A DNA stretch of 58,124 nucleotides from Candidatus Eiseniibacteriota bacterium (GCA_030595835.1 JAUVLG010000004.1:1-58124), one strand, 5' to 3'. Positions 27,347-36,345 are shown, counted from the first letter of the stretch. Made by a program: numbers and translations. Notes: generated from the letters alone by a model not told the origin.

Positions 27347-27691
27347 CTACGGTCTCGGAATCGGGATCTCGATCTTCGGATGCGACTCGCAGGTCACGAA
27401 CTCGCGCTCGGTGTGGTCGTAGATGGCGTACTCGTAGAGGCCGTCCTTGGCATCGCGACGGATCGTCGCCTCAACCACTCCCTTGTGCTGCACGGCGATC
27501 ACGGGCGAGTAGAACACACCCGCGTCCGGGAACCAGATGCTGACGATGTGGTCGGTAGCGGCTTCCCAGCGAATCGTGGTGCCCCTATCCGCCTGGATGC
27601 GGTCGATCTTCAGTTCGTAGCCTCCGCACTGATTCTTCATCTTGCTGACCTTGTACGTCCTCGGATCTGTCTTCACCGATGCATCAGCCAT
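27347..27691 (-). CDS. small SIWFP-motif protein (paralog B), unknown function
   Basis: GGGAGA RBS. Shares ..W....VSIWFP.AG.F..P..AVQ..G..E.....A..G.Y.Y.IY.H...EF....HP..EI with 27911-28225. Confidence 0.65.
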   Translation of the reverse strand: MADASVKTDPRTYKVSKMKNQCGGYELKIDRIQADRGTTIRWEAATDHIVSIWFPDAGVFYSPVIAVQHKGVVEATIRRDAKDGLYEYAIYDHTEREFVTCESHPKIEIPIPRP

Positions 27692-27910
27692 CTCTGTCTC
27701 CCTGGGCCTCAGGCCCGTCGGTCCACTCCAGTCATGGCCTCCGCAAGGGACCAGATCGCGTCGACCTCCGCCGGCTCACGCATCCCGGAGTCAGACTCGT
27801 CCTCGGTGCTGAGTCCGAGAGCTTTCCGCCCCGCTGTCCTCCCGCTATCCTTCCGCACAAAGCGCGGAGTGTCTCCGGCGGCGTTTCTTATCGGGACCGG
27901 GCGCGGGCGC

Positions 27911-28225
27911 CTACGGTTCTGCTATCTCCATGATCGGGTGCCCATCACCCATGGCGAACTCGTCCGTGTCATGGCAGTAGATAACGTACTGGTATCTTCC
28001 CGGCCTTGCGTTTCTCGGGACCACCATCTCGATGTCCCCGCTCTTCTGAACCGCCAGGGCAGGAGCGGGGAAAGCACCGGCCGTCGGGAACCAGATGCTC
28101 ACCCTCCGGTTGTCCACCTTCCAGCAGACCATCTCACCTGGGCTGACCCGGCAGGCCGGCACGGTGAGATGCCCTCCCACGGTCGTGACAGGAACGTCCA
28201 CACGCGTGAAGACAGTTCCGTCCAT
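27911..28225 (-). CDS. small SIWFP-motif protein (paralog A), unknown function
   Basis: ATG at 28225 lies 5 nt after GGGAGG and 37 nt after the kinase stop. Paralogous to 27347-27691. Confidence 0.65.
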   Translation of the reverse strand: MDGTVFTRVDVPVTTVGGHLTVPACRVSPGEMVCWKVDNRRVSIWFPTAGAFPAPALAVQKSGDIEMVVPRNARPGRYQYVIYCHDTDEFAMGDGHPIMEIAEP

Positions 28226-28262
28226 GACACCCTCCCAAGGGGTCGTGCCCCTTCGGTCCCTG

Positions 28263-30884
28263 CTACCTGCGGCTACCGCGTTGGACCAGGCGCCGGTAGC
28301 GTTCATCGGTGCAGAGATCCCGCAGTCCGGGTGTACTCTCCACCAGGTCTTCTGAGAAGCCGTTCTCCAACGCTCTGCCGATCCAGTCGAGCGCCGCTTC
28401 CCTGTCGCCCAGGACCTCGTGAGTCAGGCCGATGTAGAACATCACCTGATCGTCGTCGGGACGGAGCTCGACCGTTCTGTTCAAGAAGCCGTGCGCCCTC
28501 ACGGTATCGCCGAGTTCGGAGCAGTAGGAGGCCATCAGGGCCAGGAGATCCGCGTCGCGAGGCGTGAGCTTGAGCTGCTCCTGCGCGAGTTCGACGGCAC
28601 GGGCGTAGCACTCGCTTGCCCGCTCTTCCTTGTTCTCCATCACATCGCAGGCCGTTGCGAGATTGCCCCAGGTCATGTAGCCCGAGTCGTCCAGCTCCAG
28701 GGCCATTTCGTACATCCTCAGAGCGTCGGCGTAGCGAGCCTCGGCGAAGTAGAGTGTGCCCAGGTTGTTGTAGGCCCTCGACGACGGCGCTAGCTCCGCA
28801 GATCGCTCCATCATGCCCCACGCCTGGTCAAGCCGGTCCGTGTCGTAGTAGATGGCTCCGATGAGGGTATAGGGCGACGGGTTACGTGGCGCGAGCGCCG
28901 CGGCTTCGCTCAGCACTCGCAGCGCGTCGTCGTTTCGACCCCGCGCGTAGTAGAAGAACCCCAGGGCGTAGTGCGCGGACCAGTGCTTCCGCCTGATCTC
29001 GACCGCCTCCTTGAAGGTGATCTCGGCGAGAGTGAAGTCGCCGGCTAACATGCTTGCCGTTGCGAGCTCATGCCGCGCCTCTCTGTTGACCGGATCTATG
29101 TCGAGCGCGCGCCTGAACTCCCGAGCGGCCGAGGAGTAGTTCTCTGCCTGGACCTCGATGAGTCCCAGCGTCACGTGGGCGGCAGCCACGGGGTCGTTCA
29201 GCTCGGTCGCGAGCCGCGCGCTTTCCGCCGCCTTCCTCGATTCCTCCGGATCCTTCGTTGCCTCGAACGCCTTCCAGTGCGCCCGGCCGAGGTCGGCGTG
29301 TGCGAGCGCGAATGCGGGGTCCAGCGCCGTTGCTTTTCCCAGCAGAGCGATCGCGTCTGCCGTGTGGTCGGTCGAGTCGTCCTTCGCGGCCCGCAGCCGC
29401 CCGAGGCCACACACGTACGCGGTGAACGCACTCGGGACGGTTGTGCCCCCAGCGGACGGCGTCCGGCGGGTTCGCTTCTGGAGGGTGAGTCCCAGCATGT
29501 CCGCCGTTGCGACAACGGGGTCCTCCTGGAATGCGGCCACGTTCGCGAGGTTATCCTGGCATTGCCAGGATCTCAGCCTGCGGCGCGATCGCGTATCCAC
29601 GAGGTCAAGTCTCATGCTGACATCATCGCCGCTGCGCTCGACTGTGCCTGTGAGTGCGAGCGTTGCACCAGAGACGTCCAGTGCCGCCGTGGGTGTTGCG
29701 ACGTCGTGTCTGTCCACTTCGCTCGCAGGGACGACGCGGAAGTTGGGGTCGAACTGCTCGAGCCGGCTGAGCCTGAATGTCAGGTGGTGACGCAAGCCCT
29801 CGGCGAACGCCGCGTCTGACCCGTCGTTGCCCGCATCCTGGAAGGGGAGGACCGCCAGCTGCTTCAGCTCCGGCAGCTCCGTGCCGCCGAACCAGCTCCG
29901 TACCACGCCTGTGCCTCCTCGCACGGCGCTTCTGCCCTGTGGCAGCGCGAAGAGCCCCACGCATGCCAGTGCCAGCACGACCGTTGCCACAACGAGGCCG
30001 CGCTTCCGCGCGGGCTCGGTTGGAATTCTCGTTGTGGAGCCGATCTCAATGAGAGAAGAACCGGACGAGCGCCCGTGTCTTAGAGGCTCGAGCGACGCGG
30101 CCAGCTGGTCCGCGCTCCGGAATCGTTCGTCAGGGTCCTTCCTCAGGCACTTGTCGATGATAGCCTCGAGCTCCGGCGGGACATCGTGCCGCAGCGCGCC
30201 CAGCGGCTCGGGCTCCTCGTGCACTACGGAGTACAGCACGGACTCGGGTCGCTCCCCGGGGAACGGCAGTCCTCCCGTCAGGGCTTCGTAGAGCACGACG
30301 CCCAGCGACCATATGTCCGTCGGCGTCTGAACGTCGCCTCCGCGCGCCTGCTCAGGTGACATGTAGGCGACGGTTCCCACCGTGCTGCCGACCTTCGTGA
30401 TCTTCGTCTGCCCGGCGAGCTTCGCGAGGCCGAAGTCCAGTATCTTCGCTCTGCCGTCGTTCGTCAGGAAGATGTTGGCCGGCTTGATATCGCGGTGGAC
30501 GATGCCTTTCGAGTGAGCCTCTTCCAGTCCCCTGGCCACATGCATCGCGAGCCCGACCGCCTCATCGATGGGCATCGGTCCCTTCTCAAGGCGGTCTCTC
30601 ACCGTCTCACCGTCGTAGCAGGATAGAACAAGGAAGAGCTGTCCGTCCTCGGTCTCCTCGATATCGTGAATGGTGCATATGTTCGGATGGTCGAGCTGGG
30701 AAGCGGCCTGAGCCTCTATGACGAACCGACGTTTGGCGCGCTCGTCGCGAGTAAGTTTGGGAGAGAGAAACTTGAGCGCGACCGTGCGTTTGAGCCTTGT
30801 ATCCTCCGCTCGGTAGACGATACCCATGCCGCCGCCGCCGAGCTTCTCGATGATCCTGTAATGACAGACCGTCTCGCCGATCAT
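28263..30884 (-). CDS. Ser/Thr protein kinase with TM segment, middle domain and C-terminal TPR repeats
   Basis: GGGGMGIVY..ALKFL, HRDIKPANIFL, DFGLAK and GTVAYMSPE are intact Hanks motifs. TM segment GLVVATVVLALACVGLFAL. Multiple 34-aa TPR-like repeats in the last ~350 aa. Confidence 0.9.
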   Translation of the reverse strand: MIGETVCHYRIIEKLGGGGMGIVYRAEDTRLKRTVALKFLSPKLTRDERAKRRFVIEAQAASQLDHPNICTIHDIEETEDGQLFLVLSCYDGETVRDRLEKGPMPIDEAVGLAMHVARGLEEAHSKGIVHRDIKPANIFLTNDGRAKILDFGLAKLAGQTKITKVGSTVGTVAYMSPEQARGGDVQTPTDIWSLGVVLYEALTGGLPFPGERPESVLYSVVHEEPEPLGALRHDVPPELEAIIDKCLRKDPDERFRSADQLAASLEPLRHGRSSGSSLIEIGSTTRIPTEPARKRGLVVATVVLALACVGLFALPQGRSAVRGGTGVVRSWFGGTELPELKQLAVLPFQDAGNDGSDAAFAEGLRHHLTFRLSRLEQFDPNFRVVPASEVDRHDVATPTAALDVSGATLALTGTVERSGDDVSMRLDLVDTRSRRRLRSWQCQDNLANVAAFQEDPVVATADMLGLTLQKRTRRTPSAGGTTVPSAFTAYVCGLGRLRAAKDDSTDHTADAIALLGKATALDPAFALAHADLGRAHWKAFEATKDPEESRKAAESARLATELNDPVAAAHVTLGLIEVQAENYSSAAREFRRALDIDPVNREARHELATASMLAGDFTLAEITFKEAVEIRRKHWSAHYALGFFYYARGRNDDALRVLSEAAALAPRNPSPYTLIGAIYYDTDRLDQAWGMMERSAELAPSSRAYNNLGTLYFAEARYADALRMYEMALELDDSGYMTWGNLATACDVMENKEERASECYARAVELAQEQLKLTPRDADLLALMASYCSELGDTVRAHGFLNRTVELRPDDDQVMFYIGLTHEVLGDREAALDWIGRALENGFSEDLVESTPGLRDLCTDERYRRLVQRGSRR

Positions 30885-30995
30885 GGTAGATGCTCCGGGC
30901 GATCCGGCCCTGCTCGTTCGCAGACGTGGCCTATCACAAGGGGCAGCTCTTGGAGTTTGCTGTCCGCGAATCCTGTGGCCTGGATGCCCAATCCC

Positions 30996-31024
30996 ATTCT
31001 ACCTGATTGTCGTTCAGATGTATA
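30996..31024 (-). promoter_or_regulatory. sigma70-type promoter candidate for the kinase operon
   Basis: The minus strand reads TATACA-N17-TAGAAT, about 105 nt upstream of the ATG at 30884. Confidence 0.35.
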
Positions 31025-31116
31025 GTGGATTTCCTTGAATGGGCCTCGCCGGGACGCAGCAGGCCTCCTTGGGTCCCAGTCCGCCGCGTAGTTGGGTCTC
31101 AGGCACAGCGCGTACA

Positions 31117-31148
31117 CGAGAAAGGCCGCCGGAGCGAGTCCGGCGGCC
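31117..31148 (-). terminator. intrinsic terminator
   Basis: The minus strand reads GGCCGCCGGA-CTCGC-TCCGGCGGCC followed by TTTCTCGT, 26 nt after the stop at 31174. Confidence 0.65.
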
Positions 31149-31173
31149 CTCCGAATCGCGTGGGCGGTGGTCG

Positions 31174-31833
31174 CTAGTTGCCCGGGAACATGTCGTAGAT
31201 GTCGAACTCCTCCGTGAAGTCCGCGCGGATTGACAGACATCCGTTCCACGTCATTATCAGCGGCGACTCCTCAGTCGGGCTCGGGCTGATGTCTCCGGTC
31301 TCGCGGTCTGCGTGGAAAACGATGGTCGGGTAGTTCCCGGGATTGTCTTCGGACAAGTAGTCCTCAAGCGCGGCATTGAGAACGGCCAGTCCCGCATCGT
31401 TGGTCGTGATGCGCGCGGGCTCCACCATCGGTACGGTGAGCACGATATCCCGATAGCTTGCGATGAGCGTCGGCTCGCCGCCATCGACCTCGACCCAGAG
31501 CCTCGCCGAGACCGTCCAGCCCGTCGCTGGCGCTGGGGGAGGCGTGGGACCGGTGACAACCTGATGGTACACACCGATGACGGACACCTGCTCGACGTCG
31601 TCCTTGGTCATGTCGTTGTCCGCGAGGATCTCATCCATCTCCTCGAAGACGACGTCGTCGAACGTTATGGTGGCGTCCGTGTAGTTCTCGTCGTCGTGCT
31701 CCTCTTCGAAGCCGGTGCATATGAGGTCGGTGACAGTGATCGTGATCGTCCTCGTTTGGAGAATGCAGCCGTTGAGACAAACGAGGAGGCTCACGAGCAT
31801 GAGGGCACCGAGCAGCGGAAGGGTCTTCTTCAT
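31174..31833 (-). CDS. acidic lipoprotein of unknown function
   Basis: GAGAGGAG RBS. Lipobox LVCLNG/C. No recognisable motif. Confidence 0.6.
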   Translation of the reverse strand: MKKTLPLLGALMLVSLLVCLNGCILQTRTITITVTDLICTGFEEEHDDENYTDATITFDDVVFEEMDEILADNDMTKDDVEQVSVIGVYHQVVTGPTPPPAPATGWTVSARLWVEVDGGEPTLIASYRDIVLTVPMVEPARITTNDAGLAVLNAALEDYLSEDNPGNYPTIVFHADRETGDISPSPTEESPLIMTWNGCLSIRADFTEEFDIYDMFPGN

Positions 31834-31859
31834 GGGTCACACTCCTCTCGCTCGGGTCG

Positions 31860-32783
31860 TTAACTTCCGAAGTTGACGCCTACGCCGAGTGCGAATCCGT
31901 TCATGTTGCCGAAGCTGTACTCGCCGTTGATGTCGAGGAACGCCGCTTGTGCGTGAAGACCGAGCGTCAGGCGAACAGCGCCGTCGCTTTCCATCTCGAG
32001 GTTGATCGTCTCGGCCTCACGGTCTTCACCTTCGAACTCGTACGTGACGTCCATCTTGAACGTATCGTAGGAGATGCACCCGTAGGGCTCGATGACCGCG
32101 AACCCGGAGGAGATGCGCTTGCTCGCCTGGACGCCGAACGTCATTGCCCGCGCGTCGATCAGATCGTCACCCAGCTGAAAGCTCTGCCAGAAGAAGCCTG
32201 CCGCCAGATCGACCGGGAAGTCGGGGCTCATCCACTGCGAAATGCTGTGCCGGCCTCCGACACCGATGAGGCTCATGCTGCCGAACTCGGAGTCCCCGAC
32301 GTCGAGCGCGATGTAGCGGAAGAGCGCTTCCGTGCCCATGAAGGCTCCGATCCTGACCTGTGGTGCGGCCAGCGCGAATGAGTTGATATCGAAGCCCGGA
32401 GCGTACGCGATGTCGGGAGGAATGACCCCTCCTTCCGTATCGCCGACGACGGTCGGCACCTCGAGGGACGCGCCTTCGTCGGGCTCGGAGTCGCCCGGCC
32501 CCGGCGTATACGTGAACGTCCTCTGGTCGTCGCTGAAGAATGCGGCAACAAGACGGGTCTCGAGGCTGACGTAGAAGCCCTTCTGGGGGATGTAGGCCGT
32601 GTGCCAGAGCCCTCCGTTCAGATCTGCGCCAAGCGCGTCCGCCACCGGCTGAAGGTAGCCCTCGCCGTTTGCCTCCGCGTACTCGCTCAGCTGATCCTCG
32701 ATCTGGGCGGTGGCAGTGGACGCGACGATGAGCATCGCGACCGCACAAGCCAGCACTCTCCACGAGCGGATTGGAATTCGCAT
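31860..32783 (-). CDS. putative outer-membrane beta-barrel protein
   Basis: ATG at 32783 after GAGAGGA. Signal peptide ..LACAVAMLIVASTATA/Q. Alternating beta pattern. Ends GVGVNFGS. Confidence 0.5.
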   Translation of the reverse strand: MRIPIRSWRVLACAVAMLIVASTATAQIEDQLSEYAEANGEGYLQPVADALGADLNGGLWHTAYIPQKGFYVSLETRLVAAFFSDDQRTFTYTPGPGDSEPDEGASLEVPTVVGDTEGGVIPPDIAYAPGFDINSFALAAPQVRIGAFMGTEALFRYIALDVGDSEFGSMSLIGVGGRHSISQWMSPDFPVDLAAGFFWQSFQLGDDLIDARAMTFGVQASKRISSGFAVIEPYGCISYDTFKMDVTYEFEGEDREAETINLEMESDGAVRLTLGLHAQAAFLDINGEYSFGNMNGFALGVGVNFGS

Positions 32784-32982
32784 TCCGTCCTCTCTTGATG
32801 GGGGTGGACCCACTTTGCACTTCCTCACGTCTTGAGGGTATGCACTTCTGCGCTTTCGCCGTCAAGCGCAGAACTCATGGGGCGCCTCGTGGAGCATGCG
32901 TCCCCTCGTGCTCCGGCACGAACGTGAACGGAGGCTCACCAGCCTCTGTCCTGTTGACTTTGGGCCGGGGGGCAGAACCCCC

Positions 32983-33011
32983 TTGACAGTGCTTTCAGTA
33001 TTGGCTAACGT
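32983..33011 (+). promoter_or_regulatory. sigma70-type promoter candidate for the ParA-CBM48 operon
   Basis: TTGACA-N17-TAACGT, about 150 nt upstream of the ATG at 33160. Confidence 0.4.
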
Positions 33012-33159
33012 TTCGCCGTCTGCACACTTATCGAGTAAACACAGAAACCCCGTATGCGGCGCCACGAACGCCGGGGACGGGCGTCTCTGTCGGGCATTGC
33101 TTGCCTGCGCTGAGGCATGCGCGGGGCGAGTGCGGGCCCGAGGGCTCGCGGGAGGCGTA

Positions 33160-34281
33160 ATGCGTTCGATCGCCATTGTGAACCAGAAGGGCGGCTGCGG
33201 GAAGACGACCACCGCGGTGAACTTGTCCTCATTCCTTGCGGACATGGGTAAGCGTGTCCTGCTCGTCGACTGCGATCCCCAGTCGCACGCATCGGTGGGT
33301 CTGGGTATTGAGACGGATCACCTCGAGCGGTCGACGTACGACCTTCTGATGGACCCCGCCGCCAAGGTCTCGGACGTTGCGGTACCAGCGGCCGAGAACC
33401 TGGATGTCGTACCCTCCAACGTCGTGCTCTCCGCCGTTGAGCAGCAGCTGTCGGGGCAGCCCGACAGAGAGAACAAGCTGCGATGGAAGCTCGAGAGTGC
33501 GGCCGCCGACTACGACTACGTGTTCATCGACTGTCCACCGAGCGTCGGACTTCTCACGTTCAACGCCATCGTTGCGGCGGGTGAGGTGATCGTCGTGATG
33601 GAGCCGTCCTACTTCGCGCTCCACGGTGCCCTCAAAGTCATGGAGACCCTCAAGCTCGTCCGCAATCAGCTGGGAATGCGGAAGCGAGTGAGGGTGCTCG
33701 TGACGATGTTCGACGGCCGAACCAGATTCTCCAAGGAGTTCTTGCGTGAGGCGAGGACACGCTTCGGACGAGAGATGTTCCAGGTCGTCATACGCAACAC
33801 GGTCCGCTTCAGAGAGGCGGCCAACTGGGGTGTCTCCATCTCGCACTACGCCAGGAGCTGCAAGGGGGCTCTTGACTACGAGCAGCTCGCCAAGGAGGTC
33901 CTGGCGGATGAGGCAGCGCTCGAGGTGGACGACTTCGAGCCCGTGAGCGCGGTTCCCGATTCGGAACTTGCGCCCGGAATGGACGAGTGGATACTCGCGC
34001 AGCCGGGACCGCACTTCATCGAGGGCGGCGTCCTCTTCTCTCTCGTGGCGCCGGAGGCGAACGATGTTGAACTCGTGGGCAGCTTCAACAACTGGGACCG
34101 CGCGCACGGTGTGAAGCTGACGAAGAACAGCAACGGTGTCTGGCACGCCAAGCTGGACCTGATTCCGGGCAGGCACCTCTACAAGTTCGTCATCGATGGG
34201 GCGTGGTGTCCGGACCCGGCCAACGAGAACAGATCCGCGCCGAACGAGGATTGCGTTGTAGAGGTCTACCGCAGGGACTAG
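33160..34281 (+). CDS. ParA/Soj-type ATPase fused to a C-terminal AMPK-beta-type glycogen-binding module (CBM48)
   Basis: GGGAGG RBS. Deviant Walker A IVNQKGGCGKTT, LVDCDPQ and FIDCPPS mark the ParA family. The last ~85 aa, VELVGSFNNWDRAHGVKL..GVWHAKLDLIPGRHLYKFVIDGAWCPDP, match the GSFNNW..YKF..DG.W..DP signature of the AMPK beta GBD. Confidence 0.8.
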   Translation: MRSIAIVNQKGGCGKTTTAVNLSSFLADMGKRVLLVDCDPQSHASVGLGIETDHLERSTYDLLMDPAAKVSDVAVPAAENLDVVPSNVVLSAVEQQLSGQPDRENKLRWKLESAAADYDYVFIDCPPSVGLLTFNAIVAAGEVIVVMEPSYFALHGALKVMETLKLVRNQLGMRKRVRVLVTMFDGRTRFSKEFLREARTRFGREMFQVVIRNTVRFREAANWGVSISHYARSCKGALDYEQLAKEVLADEAALEVDDFEPVSAVPDSELAPGMDEWILAQPGPHFIEGGVLFSLVAPEANDVELVGSFNNWDRAHGVKLTKNSNGVWHAKLDLIPGRHLYKFVIDGAWCPDPANENRSAPNEDCVVEVYRRD

Positions 34282-34360
34282 GTCGAGGTTCGCAGCAGAG
34301 ATTGAGTAGGGACTCGCTCGAGAACGCACCTTGGAATCTGACATCTCCGGACAGGGTGAC

Positions 34361-35302
34361 ATGGACGAGGACGTAAGCAGCAGATCCCCGAAGACGCTTG
34401 CAGATGTTTCTTACCTCTTCTTCTCCCAGACAGAGGAAGGCGCAGAGGAAACGCCGGAGGCGGCGGTGCGCCCAGCCGACGGCAGCGGAGCGGCGGCGGA
34501 CAGCGCTGGGCCGCGCCGGACGCGGCTCTTCGTCGTGACGGGTGGTGACGATTCTCCCGGGAAGTCGACGATCGCCGTCAACCTGGCTCAGGCTCTGGTG
34601 CCGTTCGGTCGTGTGGCGATCTTCGATGCCGATCCCAGAATTCCCAACGCCCGCTACTTCTTCGGTCTTCCTTCATGGCACTACCTGTCTCCTTTGACGG
34701 GCGGCGGAACGCCCGCTCCGAATGTCGTGACCGACGCGGGTGTTGTGGTCACCGACTGGTCGAGTGGGGAGAATGGGGAGTGCGACGCACTGGGCGCCGG
34801 TAGCGTTATCTACATGGACGTTCCGGAATCCGGGCGGACCCCCATGGATTTCGTCGTCGTCGATGTCCCCCTGTCCAGGACAGATCTGCTCTCGCGTCTC
34901 GCCGGGCGCGCGTCTGCCTACATCGTGGCGGCGCGACCCGGTCGCCGGGGCTTTGAGCACGCGTTCGTGGCCGTGAAGCGGGTCCGGAGCGAGTCCGGAG
35001 CGGATTCGGTCGCCCTTGTGGTCAACGTCCCCTCGAGCGAGGATTACGCAAGGGCATTTCATGCGAAGATGAAGGCGGCCGCGAAGCGTCTGTTGTCTGT
35101 GGATGTGCGTTTTCTGGGAACCGTTCCGCTCGAGCCCGGACTTGGCGCAGAACAGCGGGAGAGGGGTGCCATAGTCGCTTCGCGCCCGGACGCCGCGTGT
35201 GCTCTGTCGCTCCGGCAGATAGCAACGCATGCATTGGAACTGACGAGGAGCGACGGTCTGCCGGGGGAGCGAACGGACCCGCCGGACCGCAGGGAGGACT
35301 GA
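34361..35302 (+). CDS. degenerate MinD/ParA-superfamily P-loop protein
   Basis: LFVVTGGDDSPGKSTIAVNLA has the signature Lys replaced by Thr and a loop 2 residues longer. Also IFDADP and VVVDVPLS. Acidic N-terminal extension with ADVSYLFFS. Confidence 0.6.
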   Translation: MDEDVSSRSPKTLADVSYLFFSQTEEGAEETPEAAVRPADGSGAAADSAGPRRTRLFVVTGGDDSPGKSTIAVNLAQALVPFGRVAIFDADPRIPNARYFFGLPSWHYLSPLTGGGTPAPNVVTDAGVVVTDWSSGENGECDALGAGSVIYMDVPESGRTPMDFVVVDVPLSRTDLLSRLAGRASAYIVAARPGRRGFEHAFVAVKRVRSESGADSVALVVNVPSSEDYARAFHAKMKAAAKRLLSVDVRFLGTVPLEPGLGAEQRERGAIVASRPDAACALSLRQIATHALELTRSDGLPGERTDPPDRRED

Positions 35303-35304
35303 CC

Positions 35305-36210
35305 ATGAGTGCGAGAATAGAACGTATCCAGCTGCCCGAGGCGGCCCAGCTGAGGAGGACCCTGGCGGAGAGGGCCGACAGCGTGCACCCCGGTGCCAGG
35401 GTGGTGGACGCCGACGTGCAGGGTCCGTCCGGTGTGGACCTTCTGCTGGTGGACGATGACGGTCGGCCGGTCTTCGTCGACGTTGTGCCGGAGAGCGCAG
35501 GCGATGTCCCGACCCGCATCTTCGATCACACGCGGTGGTACGAACAGAGTCGCCGGCTGTTCCTCAAGGCCTACGCGAACGACGGTGTCGTCCGGATAGA
35601 AGATCCCATCTTCGTGTTCGTCGGTTCGCGGTTCCCCGCGTCCGTGCTTGAGGCGGTCAGAGCGATGCCGGGTGTACCGGTTCGTTTGGTCCGCGCTGAG
35701 TATTTCCTCATCGATGGTGCCGCGGAGGTCCTGCTGGAGGATGTGACGCCCTCGGTGCAGGAGCGGATCAGCACATCGGTGGCGCGCAGGACGGACGACA
35801 TGTCCGCTGGAGGTGAATCGAGGTCTCGGAACGTCATCGAATCTGACGCCGTGCGGACGCTACTCGCTCTCTTCCGGTCCGGAGTCGACGGTCTGGATGG
35901 CCGCATCGCGACCGCGGAATCCAACGACCGCATCTCGTTCAGCATGGGTGACCGCAGGCTGGCTGAGGTGGCGATCTCGCCGGGCAGCTTCACGGTGTCA
36001 CCAGGCGACGGTCTCATCAACCCGATAGTGGTGTCGGACCGCGTGTCGCTCGAGCGAGCGCTGAACTCCGTGGTGTCTCTGTTCGTCCGCGAGGAGCGGA
36101 CGACGGACGGAGGGAACGGTCAGGGGGCGGACGTCGAGCTGACTGACGACGAACGGTCGGCCCTGTCCGACATATGGGGAGCGGGTGTCCGGGCGAGTGA
36201 CCGTAGCTAG
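35305..36210 (+). CDS. hypothetical protein; N-terminus faintly NucS/PD-(D/E)xK-like
   Basis: AGGGAGGA RBS, with the ATG 2 nt after the upstream stop. DLLLVDDDGRPVFVDVV resembles a nuclease-fold core but lacks the Lys. No other motif. Confidence 0.5.
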   Translation: MSARIERIQLPEAAQLRRTLAERADSVHPGARVVDADVQGPSGVDLLLVDDDGRPVFVDVVPESAGDVPTRIFDHTRWYEQSRRLFLKAYANDGVVRIEDPIFVFVGSRFPASVLEAVRAMPGVPVRLVRAEYFLIDGAAEVLLEDVTPSVQERISTSVARRTDDMSAGGESRSRNVIESDAVRTLLALFRSGVDGLDGRIATAESNDRISFSMGDRRLAEVAISPGSFTVSPGDGLINPIVVSDRVSLERALNSVVSLFVREERTTDGGNGQGADVELTDDERSALSDIWGAGVRASDRS

Positions 36211-36312
36211 CCTGGGACACCGATCTGCCGCCGAGTGTCGTCCTGGGAATCCGTTGGCGCTCTGATGTCTGAGGTGAGCGTGTGCTCATGTCTGAGGTGA
36301 CGCTGAATACAC

Positions 36313-36345
36313 GCGAAGAGCCGACCCCATGGGTCGGCTCTTCGC
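36313..36345. terminator. 15-bp perfect palindromic hairpin between convergent genes
   Basis: GCGAAGAGCCGACCC-CAT-GGGTCGGCTCTTCGC. No U-tract on either strand. Confidence 0.4.

Noticed and set aside
27347-28225. SIWFP small proteins as cupredoxins (YQYVIYCHD..M..H in one copy)
   Set aside because: The Cys is Asp in the paralog, and no consistent His/Cys/His/Met ligand set is conserved between the two copies. There is also no signal peptide.
27380-28567. 395-aa plus-strand ORF across the small-protein genes and the kinase 3' end. Similar shadows occur at 18185-19315(-), 33229-34362(-), 44808-46133(+), 47523-48572(+) and 49414-50847(-).
   Set aside because: All of them overlap genes with recognisable domains on the other strand. 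They are Arg/Pro/Gly-rich and lack an RBS or signal features.
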